Source: Eremomyces bilateralis CBS 781.70
Taxonomy: Eukaryota
Strand: one strand, 5' to 3'
Length of the DNA: 33,896 bases
Assembly: GCA_010015585.1 (NCBI GenBank)
Contig: ML975163.1
The notes under the pieces are model-generated. The model searched no databases. It saw nothing but the letters and a program-made list of their open reading frames with translations, and was not told the origin of the DNA. The position numbers and the translations under genes are program-made. The first letter of the stretch is position 1, and every line of letters starts with the position of its first letter. This document shows, piece by piece, positions 19,866-30,555 of this stretch.

Positions 19866-20887
19866 TAGAGATCTGGACTGACGGGTGATTTGTTGAGACT
19901 GGAGCGTTTTAATGGGCGCTCTCTCGTGTCAAGCAAGAGATCCGCAGGAGTGGTAGCATCGACATTCGTCAATTTCACAAATGAAATTGTCAGCCACGTG
20001 GAAGAATTGAACCCCTGTTTGGCTTGCAACTGGGCCTAGAGTAGTTTAGGTAGAGATATATAGATCTAGCCAGTCGCTCTGAAGCACACCTAGGACTGAC
20101 AAGACGGCCGGTTGTAATGGAATATATCTTGTGACTGGGTTTTGACGATGAATACGCATTAGGAGTGCCAACCAGTCAAATCAGTCGAACCTTAGCAACC
20201 GGGCACGGTGCGTGTTCGAGAGTACCCAGCGACTTAGACGGGGCACTTATGAGAACACATTCTGTCAAGGCGATTCGGAGAATTACAGATATACTCTACA
20301 ATTCTTCATCATTGCTATCTCCATTCTCTCCACTTGTCCACCAAAGCCGCCTACCATCCCTTACCCACATCCCGCCCCGCTTTGCCGAACAATCGCTGAA
20401 CTCATTTCCGCTTCCGCTCAATCCGAACTCAACTCAAGTGTGTGCGTGTATGATACATGTAACGAAGCCCTGCAACCCAAGCCGCAGCAGCTCCATCTCT
20501 TCATGTAACATGTTCCGCGCAAAAACGAATCGGACATGCCGAAAAGGGGCGGCGATGGGCATTCAACGAACGGTGGAAACAAGGTGCCAATTTTCTAATA
20601 ATGCAATGGTATGATGTCGCTGTTTTTTTTGTAGGATGCGCTGGAAGGTGCTAGGAAAAGAGGGCGCTGAAGCAGAACGCCCATGGATGCGTACCGGATC
20701 CAGTTCGCTGGTGCCAAAGCAAATGCGCGTCAAAGTGAGCAGAAAAAGGAGGATCGAGTGTAGGTGGTGGGCGGTCGGATATAGAGGAAGAGAAGGTCTA
20801 GTGCTGATGAAGCCGTCGAAAGTATTGCCACTGTTGCCTGATAAAATGATCCTGTTGGATGCGAGTGGTCTTTAGGATCGAAATCGC

Positions 20888-22424
20888 TTAATCACCCCGT
20901 CCACGACCACCGCGATGCTCCCCACGTCCGCGTCCACGAAATTCGCCACGGCCTCGATATCCGCCGCGGCCCCGTCCGTCTCCACGTCCACGGTGTCCAC
21001 CTCGGCGCTCTCCACCCGCGCCACCACGGCCGCGCCCACCACGTCCATGATGCACCTCATGGAACCCGTCCCCGCTCGCAGGCTGGAATTGCTGCTGCTG
21101 GTCCGGTGAATCATCCGCCCAGGCTAATGTCTGAGCCGGAGCGGCGACCGTTGGGTTAGAGGGCTCCGTATCGGTGGAGTCGCGGGAGACCATGAGGTAC
21201 GACTCGGCGAGCGGGTCGTCAGATCCGGTGACACGGTCACCATTCCAGGTTTCTTCGGCGGCGGCATTCCCCTCGATGGCTGTGCGGGTTTGCTCGAGTA
21301 CAGGGGAAGTTTCGGCGGCAAGGGCTTCCTCGTGCGTGCCGTTGGGGATGACAGTTGTAGCATCCTCGATTTCGGTTAAGGCCGCGTTGGCGACGGTTGG
21401 GTCGGTGCCGATGGTTTCAGTGGCCGGGTCCTCCTCGTAGCCGGATGATTCGTCGCCAAACTCTTCGAGAGCAAGGCGTTTGATCTGGGCGTCTGAAGAA
21501 GGGATATTAGATCAGGAAGTCATCGGAGAGAAGTTGACTTGTAGACTTACAGGTGACATCGAGGACTTGGCCCTCGGTGGACGGAACACCTTCTTCGGTG
21601 CCCTGGATGATCTTCTCCGCAGCCGCCACCGCTGCGCTATCACCGCCGTACACCAGTAGCAACGCGCCCTCAAACGCCAACGCCTCATCCGATTGATCAT
21701 CATTGAGCTGCCTCCGTGCCGCCGCGGTCCTCAAGAAGCGGCTGAGCGTCAATAAGCGCTCTTTCAACTCCGTATTCGCCTTCGCCGCCGCCTCGGCAGC
21801 CAGATCTCCTCTCAACTTCTCCAGCTCCGCCTGATGAGACGACACCAACTTGTCCTTCTCGGCTTTGAACAGGCTATGGTGGTCCGCGTCGATCTTCTTG
21901 TATTGGGCGACCTGCTCTTCGAGCTGGGCGAGTTGGGCCTGGAGCGCTGGCTTCTTCTGGGCCTGGGCTTTTTGGTCGGTGTTGATTTTCTTGGCCTTGA
22001 CGAGTTCATCGAGGGTCAGGGAAGGGTTTTCTGCGACAATGGCGTCCACTTTGGACATGGAGTTCTAGAACAATAGTGAGCTTTATTGCGGGATAGATGT
22101 CGCAAGGCTGCGGTGGACGCGGGTGCTTACCAGCTTCTTGTTGACATTGCGGATTTGCCTACATAGCCATTAGCATGCGATATCGCTGAGCATCATCCAA
22201 TCCATCACTCACTTCTGAAGTTCCTTGATGTAAGGATTCTCGTACCCGAACTCGCCGCTGGCCTTCGCCTCCGGGTTCGGAGACTGACCACGTTCGGATT
22301 CAACCTTGGGCGTTGGGGCTTGAGCGGCAGGGGAACCGGCATTGGCAGCTTCAGTCTTCGCCTTCTTCTTGCGAGAGGATTTCGACTCGGTCGCGGGGGG
22401 GTTCTGAACGGATTCGGAGGCCAT
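20888..22424 (-). CDS. Conserved fungal coiled-coil/RGG protein, Caprin-like (S. pombe SPAC12G12.07c-like), ~452 aa; exons 22424-22213, 22158-22131, 22064-21551, 21492-20888
   Basis: Three canonical introns give one open frame: SRKKKAK, YIKELQKQIRNVNKKLNSMSKVD...KINTDQKAQAQKKPAL, LSRFLRTAAARRQ...AFEGALLLVYGGD, and C-terminal DGFHEVHHGRGGRGRGG...RGRG. Confidence 0.85.
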
Positions 22425-23053
22425 GACTGTATGGATGCCGGGACTTGAGAGAAGGTGTTGCACGCAAGTGATGGTTGCTGGTAGGCAGTGTAGTGTATGT
22501 GTCAAGTTGCAGTGAGGAATGATATGCAGTTGATGAAGTCGGAGATAATTATGAAAGAGCGGTTGTAGGGAAGATGAGGAAAAGTGCTGGAGTTCAGGAT
22601 GGTTGGACGAATGTTTGTGTCTTGTGAATGAACGATTTTGAGATCTGCATAACGACGGGGATGGTCCCTGGGAAAAGAGGAGCTCCTTATTTCACGCCCC
22701 TTTCGCCGCCAGCCCTATTTCTGGTCTGAGTTATGGTACCCCAGTGTCCTCGAACCATCCGATCAACCGAATGGTATAGTTGAATTATATTGCCAATGAT
22801 CTTGTTTTCACTGTGTTTATGATGTGCGGTGTGGAGTCTTATAGGAGTTCTCGGACGAAGGACTTCATGCTCCAGAATCCTCGATGCGTTTCTGTGAGAG
22901 TATCTTCTATGTCCAAATGCTAGGCACCTACGCCCTACACGGCCCAGTATCTTCGAGAATGTTCCTCCTTCCAGGTTGGTAGGCTTCGAATGCCAAAGCC
23001 CATCAGACCTGTACTAGAAATTAGAACCTATATCTCCAGCCCCGGTTCTCCTG

Positions 23054-26000
23054 TCACCATGCATTCATAGGATACCCTTCCTCCCATGCCTCTCCATCGT
23101 CAGGCATTTCCTCCGGCCAGTCCATCTTCTCCAGCTCCCGGACGAAAAAGTCCTGCTCCTCCTCCAGCAGGCCCTCCGTCGCCCCCATCTTCTCTGGGTA
23201 TCGCCTCAAGTTATGCCAGTGCGTGAGCGCCCGTAACGCCTGCTCCAGGGGGAGACTCTGGTCGACCTCGGCGTCAAGATCGCTACCCGCAAGCCAATCA
23301 TCGCGGAGCTCCGGTCGACAGTGCAGGTAGACCGCAGTTATGACGCGCATATTCGTCTGCCGCCATTTCCTCCCACAGTATGGCACCTGGTTTTTGAAGA
23401 GCTTGAGCGTGTAGAGGCGAAGCTCCGGTTGCGGGACTTTCAGCGATTTGCGGAGGAATTGAGAGGATTTATACGAGACTAGAAGAAGGTTTCGATGGGC
23501 TTTGTTTTTGCACATCTTTTGAAGGATGCGTAGAAAATTGATGCTGGAGAAAAAGTTGCGCCAGGAGAAGTTGGTGATGGGCTCGGCGGGTAGTTCGGTG
23601 GTGGGGACTCCCATTTCGTCCACTTCGGGAGGATGTTGGACGGACGGATGTTGCGGGTCGTGAGCAATCGGATGGTCTTGATCTTCTCGACGGCGTTTGA
23701 TCACCGGTGGAGGACAGGCTTCGTCGCTATCGTCGTCGTCGTGTTCTTCTTGGGTATGGTCACCGCCGTGCTGGGAACGCTGCAGGCAACCTTGAAAGAA
23801 ACTAGGTAATCGTCAGTATTAAATCTTGGTCGAGAGTATGGGAGACAAACTTCAAATCTTCCCTTTCGCATTTATAATTCACAATGCGCTCAACCTCTTG
23901 CGTTTGCATTAGCTTCAAAATCATGGGTATATAGTTCGCGTCAACAAGCAGCTGCGTCATGTATTCGGCCTTCAAAACGTCTACACCAACGCGAGTCAGC
24001 GTTATAATAGTACGTAGAAGCAAGATCAGCTTACGGGAAACTTTGAACCATTTCAACAATAGAATAAGAATGCCAGAAACGGCTTTGGCAGTGATTTCCT
24101 GGGAGCGAACCGCGTCTAATTCCTCGTTCGAGGACGAAGCAGTGTCCGGATGCAGGCCGTTCGCAACGGTTCCATTCTCCATGCCATTTTGCCCGTTGAC
24201 CTGCGTAATTAGAGCCGTAACATTGGTAAGGATGACCTTCAAAAGGACCATCACCAAGGATTGCAGGCAGGGCAGATTATCTCGCTACTATGCGTCAGCT
24301 CACCGGTCATTTGCGATTGGAAGAGTACTCACGTAGAAACGTTCCACCAGCTCCAACCTCTCCTCCACACTCCCATCCTCATAGACCTTTTTCTCCGGAC
24401 CTTTGCTTTCCGCCTCGGCATTTCCATCATCTTCCAAATTCAACTTCTCCACATCAACATCGTCATCACTCAACCCTTTCCAGCCCCGCTCATACTTCAT
24501 GAACGCCACCCGCTCCTCCCAAAGCTGCTTCATCGCTCTCGTCGCCCGCATCCGCTTCGCGAACAACTCCGCCGCCTCCAAAATCGACGCAGGGATGTCC
24601 GATCCTTCCCACCTCCGCCCAACCAGCGCATCTTGTAGACCCGTGCTGCCCTTCCCGCCGAGCTGGTTGCTCATCTCGTCGAGTGGCGGGTACAGGAAGG
24701 GGAACAGTTGGTTGGTTTGGTAATTCTGCTTCTTCCCGCCCTTCCCACCTGGACCGGCGGGGGAGGGTGGAGGCGATGGCGCGGGCGTCGCGATGTGCAC
24801 AGGCTGGTGGAGGATGGAGGCACCGCCGGCATTGTTGGTGGTGGTGGAGACGCCGGCGGTGAATTTGCTGTGCGAGGCTTTGAGGGGTGGGAGAATGGAG
24901 TTGTTGTCGGGTTCGAGAGGGAAGAGGGGCGGAGGGGGATTGTAGGCGGGATATTTGGAGCTGATTTCTTGTCGGAAGAGATGGTAGTCGAGCGGAGAGG
25001 CGGTGATGAGAGGTTGACCTCGACCATCCGTGTCGTCGGCAGTAGGGTTGCGGAAAGTTCGCTTGGCGGCCTCGACGCGTCCTAAGCCGCCGAAGGTGAC
25101 TAGGACGGACTTCCATGTCAGGATGAGGATCTTATTTAGAGGAAGATCCAGGGAGTCGTCCCATCTGATCTTGTCGATGATATGGACAAGGAAATCGAGG
25201 AGATTCGGCTGGAGGTTGAGTAGCTTCCTTCTCTTGCGCAATTTTTCATCCGGATCATCATCTGATCGGATGACCCCCAGGCTCACATAAAGGATTGTCA
25301 TGGTGCTCCGGGCAATGCGATGTAGTTCCTCCTTCTTTTCGTTGGACGCCGCAGACTGCTCGTTCGGATCAATTGCGCAGCACCGCAACAGCGCGTTCCG
25401 GGAAATTTCGAAGACTGTTTGGAGTCCTTCCACATCCAAGAGCATTTGAACGTTCGCTTTAATCCAATCAATCTGAACGGTAGACTTAGCGAACGTCTGG
25501 CTGGGACCCATGAACTTTCGCTTCTCATCCGAAGGAGATGAATCCCCGCTCCTCTGTAGTCCAGCAGTCTCATGCCAGCAGCCCAATACTAGGTAAAGAA
25601 GCGTGTCCAGATCCGCCAGTCCAAACAGCTTCTCGATATCCCCCTCCACGCGCTTCAACTTCTGCATAATCTTCTCCAGGAATCCCAGCCTCTTCGCCGG
25701 ACTTGAGCTCGTCCAATTGCGCGCCCCAAGTTCATACTCAAACCCATTGACCTGCACGCTCCCATTATGTTCCTTCCAATCATGCATGAACGCCGTCTCC
25801 GCCCTCAGCAACATGTCGGATTCCTCCGTGCCGTACGAGAACCACTCCTCGATCTCTTCCGGCAAGGATGCCGCGTCGGAATATATGAATGCGTACGGTG
25901 TCACCTCGATCTTTGGAAACTCCGCAACGAGGTTCCGCAGCTGCTGGAGGGACAGCGAGCTAGTATCGGGCGTCGTGATCGGCGTATTGCCTGCATGTCG

Positions 26001-26294
26001 CTCGACTGGCTGCGGCGGGGGTGGAGGTGGTGGCTGATGCGGTGCTGGGACGGATTGATTCCGGCGCATCCCAGGTCGCGGGCCCAAAGATACTCCATCT
26101 TGATGCGCTAAGGGACTAGGAGCGGGAGAGTCTTGGTGTTCGCGTTGTTGTTCGACAGTGTCGAGTGGCGCGCTGTCGGCGGGGTCGTCGACGCCTTGGA
26201 TGGGTTGGGAGAGGATCAGCTCGGCTTCATCAACTCCTTCGGGGACATCTGGTGCAATGTGGACATTGGATCCGGGGCCGGGTGGAGGAGACAT
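23054..26294 (-). CDS. FAR11: STRIPAK complex subunit Far11/HAM-2/PRO22 (STRIP1 homolog), ~1029 aa; exons 26294-24333, 24284-24035, 23980-23851, 23801-23054
   Basis: YAFIYSDAASLPEEIEEWFSY, ITASPLDYHLFRQEISSKYPAY, PASILEAAELF, KAVSGILILLLKWFKVSHVLKAEY, FSWRNFFSSINFLRILQK, YCGRKWRQTNMRVITAVYLHCRPELRDDW. Three canonical introns keep the frame. Confidence 0.95.
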
Positions 26295-26915
26295 TATGAA
26301 GATACGGTGATACACCAGCGTCTGGAGGGGAGTTGGAACGAATGTGGGATAACGATCGATGGTCGGTCATGCTTGGTTAGGAGGCATGCGGTGTGTTTTA
26401 ACACAGCAATGTAGGGAGATCCATAATTATGAGTTCACAATCAAGATACTTCATGTACATCTCACAAACATGATTATTTCCTATCAGGTACTCACGATGT
26501 GATGCTCTATGAGGATCTCAACGTTTGATTCACTGTCCGGTTGATCTTCGGTAAATCTCCGTTAAGGGGGTCCTTGAGGCGCCGTATCAGATCCCACCAC
26601 GACAGACATCCAGATGTGGGTTAGAATAGGGGGACGAACAAACATCAAAATGCTTGGTTTATTATTCAGTAATCACCGCCTAATGTCAGATGAGGCGTAT
26701 AGAGATGCACTATTCGACAGATCTTAGTTGATTGTATAATGATATACAACGTTGCTCTCATAGACAAACGATAATCCATACAGGGCGCCAACCAATGACT
26801 TTTACCTACCCGTGCCCATTGCATGAATGCGAAGCTATAACTGAGCAATTACAGACTGTTCGAGCACAGATACCCGTGGTCGGAACTTGCTCCAACCAAC
26901 CCCCACCACGCTACC

Positions 26916-29900
26916 TCAACTCTCCCAAACTCTCGTCGCCGCACTCCGACCCCCCATCCCCAATGGCGCCGCTACCTCCAACCGACTCAACTGCTCAACC
27001 ACATTCTTCGCCCTTTCCCGGCAATCCAGATCCCCATCATTCAGCAGCCCCTTAACCTTCTCTTCCCACCCCAGCCTCCGCAACTCCAGCGCACGCAGCC
27101 GCGCGCCGTCCGCGTCGGAGTTGTCGTCCTGCCAGATGAGGTTGAACGCGAGCCAGCAGCACGCGACGCGGACGCGGCGGTCGGGGTGGTTGAAGAGCGG
27201 GGTGATGAGCGGGGGGAGGGAGGGCGAGGTAAAGTGGAGGAGGAGGTGGCGGTGCTTGGCGGAGCCGTTGGCCATGTGGATGAGGATGAAGATCGCGGCG
27301 ACCATGACGGAGGTAGGGGGCATTTGGGCGGTGGACGCGGGTGCGGATGGCTTGGGGTTGTTGGTGGATTTGTAGCCGAATTCGAAGGACGGGGTGGCAA
27401 TGTGGGTGTATGCGGGGGAGGTGGAGGAGAAGGCGGTGGGGTTGGCGCGGAGTTTGGAGGCGAGGATCTCGAAGAGTCGGTCGGTGCCGAGGGCGTCGAG
27501 GAGGTGGTCGATGACCACTCCCATATGCTGCCCGGGCTCGCCGATGATGTTTCGGATGAAATCGAGGGCTTGTTCCTGGATTCGGATACGGTCGCGCTGT
27601 TCCTTGATCGCGGGGCTGAACTCGGCTTCCTTGATGGCCCTCAATCTGACGCGGTTCTGGGCCGACGTAGCCCGGACGTTGTATTTTGGGAGGTTGAGTG
27701 CCCCGATGCTGTCCGTCATGGCATCATCGTCCTCTTCGTCATCCTCCGATGACACCGAATCGACATCCATTAAAGGTTCCGGTGCGGCATTCAGCAGATC
27801 TACCTGCTCACCGGCCGCATTCGGAGTGCCCATGCTCAGGGAAGGAGTGTTAGGGCCAAACCGGACATCGGCACTTATCGTTTGGACGAGCCATCCACTA
27901 CCCAATTCCTCGAGACAGCTAGTCTTGAGATCGACCGGAGCAGAGTGCATAAGATGTTTCAGTGCCCACAGCGAGGTGAACTGGAGTTCCGCGTCCGCCG
28001 AATGTGCATGCATACACAGTGTCTTTAATGCATCGGTATTTTGGACCTCCGATCTCATCGGACTGAAGTGTAAGAGCAAGTTGCAACACGCATTTGTGGC
28101 AGCTAGCTGCACATCAAGTGACTTGTGTTTCAGCAGCCTCAGAACTGGAACTGCCACGCCTGCATCGATCAGATTCGTTCGCAATACATGTACTGATCTT
28201 GACAAGGCTCGGATTAAGTCGCAGGCAGCTACGATGACAAAGGTTGGGTTGCCTGCATTTTTGCGGTCTTGATCTTCGTAGGCCGGGATAGCGTCAAGGC
28301 GTGGAACCAGAGATTCGACAATGCAAGGAGCCATGCCTCCCTCCGACTTGATTAACTCCCTCCGGTACATGTCTTCTCGCTGGACAATTGCGCTCAACGC
28401 AGTCATGGCGGCTGCTCGATAGCGCAGGGCATGTAGCGTTTGGGAAACCATTCCTGGCTCTCCAAGCGTCGTGGCGGGTGATCCGCTCAATACGTTGTCC
28501 TTCTCGACTTGGTGCGGAGACCACATTTGAGTATTGGTTGTGGTGATACTGTCGAAGGATTTCTTGACGAACGTGCAAAGCTTCGGGGTAGCACCCGCGT
28601 CAACTGCTGCAGATTGCAGAGCTGGACTGTCCTCGATCAGGCGCGCTAGAGCGATTGGAGCAGACTCTTTGATTTTCCTCGCAACCGGGAGGCTCTCCTC
28701 GGTCTTTGACTTCGAGGATGACTTCTTCGATGGAAGTGATTCGTCCAGCATTTTCACAATCAAAGGCACTACAAGAAATGCCAGTGTTCGGTCGCGGTTG
28801 CGAGATGGCTCGACCCAGATGTCGAGCGAGGACGAATTATTGTCGATGGCTCGCACCATGAGTGTGAGGAGGTTGATCGCTGATAGACGTTCCAGGCCCG
28901 TCGTGGTTCTCGATGTATGAATCAGCCATGCTATGAGCGGACTGCCAAATTCGCTTCCAGATATCGGCCTTGAAGACGGCTGCGGCTGTCCTGATGGATC
29001 ACGAAGCGCCGTCAGCCCGAAATCAAAATCCTGACCAGCTTGCCGCAACCCGCTGGTTAGGGAGCTCAGGGCAGGGAATGCTTTGGAATAGGTGTACTCC
29101 CTTTTACTTTGCTCGGCCTGGATTTGTGGTAGAAGCATATCGATGCTTTCCGGTTTTTGTACAGGACCTCCCGACACATTAAAGGTCGATTCATTGGGAG
29201 GTGGCTTCGAAGATTTGGTGATCGGAAAGACACTGTAAATAGGTGGCGAGTATAGTAATCTCGCAGTGCGGTATGGAGAAGTGTCGGTTATGGCTGCAAT
29301 CGCATTCAAAAGAAATTGCACCTTTGAAGGTGGAACTGAAGGAAGGAGACTCTTCACAGCAGCTGGATCGGCATCTGGAATCGGGTAGTTCATGGAGACG
29401 ATTGTCGAAGCCAATCTTGCCGCCAACAGATCCAAGACACCAGACTTCACCAGAAGTTGGCGATGCTGTGCAGTCTGACATGTTGCTCCTAGCAGCTGTG
29501 CAACCGATATAATGTGTTCCAGGATTACGGCGCTGGTTCCGGGCTGCACAAGCAACTCCACCAAGACGTTGACCACGGGTCTCGTATACAGTTGTGCTGG
29601 CAGCGAGGGAGAGATCTGCCTGTTGACGGCATCTAGGTCATGACTATATGGCTCAGCGAGAACAAGTAGCGCTCGGAGTGTAGCAAGGACAAGGCGAGGG
29701 TCATTGTCCTTGGGTGAGAGGCTAGTAAGGAGAGGTTGGAAAAGGCCACCAGCGATCAGCGGAACGACAAATGGGAGTCCACCTGAACCTTCGTCAGCGT
29801 GCACATTTCACATTCATTGTAGAACAATACTGACCATTTCCCAAACTTGCGACAATAAGTGTCGCTTGTAATCGAAGGTCATCCTCTTCGGTCCACGACT

Positions 29901-30150
29901 TCTCGGCATTATCTCCATTGTCACTCCGTTCCCGCATGCGCTTCTTCCCACTCGTCCTCGAATATGTTGAGAGGATTCGTACCAGCGGCTCGACTATACC
30001 ATGGCGAATAACGAGTTCTTTCCTCTGGTCATGGCCGATGATTTCGTTCTTCAGCGTCTTCAGAGCGCCGATCTGCGCCGGTATTGATGAGGGGGTTTGG
30101 AGCTCCTGGAGAGCGGTTGGAGCTACCGGACGACCCATCTTAAGAACCAT
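26916..30150 (-). CDS. VID28: Armadillo-repeat protein, GID/CTLH ubiquitin-ligase subunit Vid28/Gid5 (ARMC8 homolog); exons 30150(or 30138)-29835 and 29782-26916
   Basis: ALKTLKNEIIGHDQRKE, IRALSRSVHVLRTNLIDAGV, CNLLLHFSPMR, SLWALKHL, IQEQALDFIRN, LIHMANG, RVACCWLAFNL, LLNDGDLDCRERAK. Intron 29834-29783. Confidence 0.88.
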
Positions 30151-30555
30151 TTGGGGTATCTTTATACCACGAGGATGCTGATGTGGGAGGAAGGCGAAGG
30201 GCCTAAGAGCTGGGAGTTTGATGCACGGTGCATTCACATCTCTACCTCGCAAGGTGACCCACTGCACGCGGCTGTGCACTTAGGATATAGGTAACTATGA
30301 ACGTATGTCATAGGCTGAGTTTTTTTGCTTCAGGATCGTGGAAGAAGGGTTAACGTGACGGGGTAGCGGAGTAAAGGGTGTCGTAGCTTGGATTGTTCAG
30401 GCTTTCGGTGAAGCCGTCGCCAGGATATGACAGACGTCAACACATCGATGATTTGGTGATCCATGTAATCCGTATGAATCCAAGAACAACGGGCCAGACA
30501 CGTGATGTGGAAACCTGCACGTGATGGGTGAAGCTCCTTTCACACCCTGCTGTGC

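Noticed and set aside
19755..19888. C-terminal part of ORF 19271-19888 as real transposase sequence
   Set aside because: It reads through a deletion junction into the TIR; the repeated peptide comes from the GGGGTGCACGAAAA repeats.
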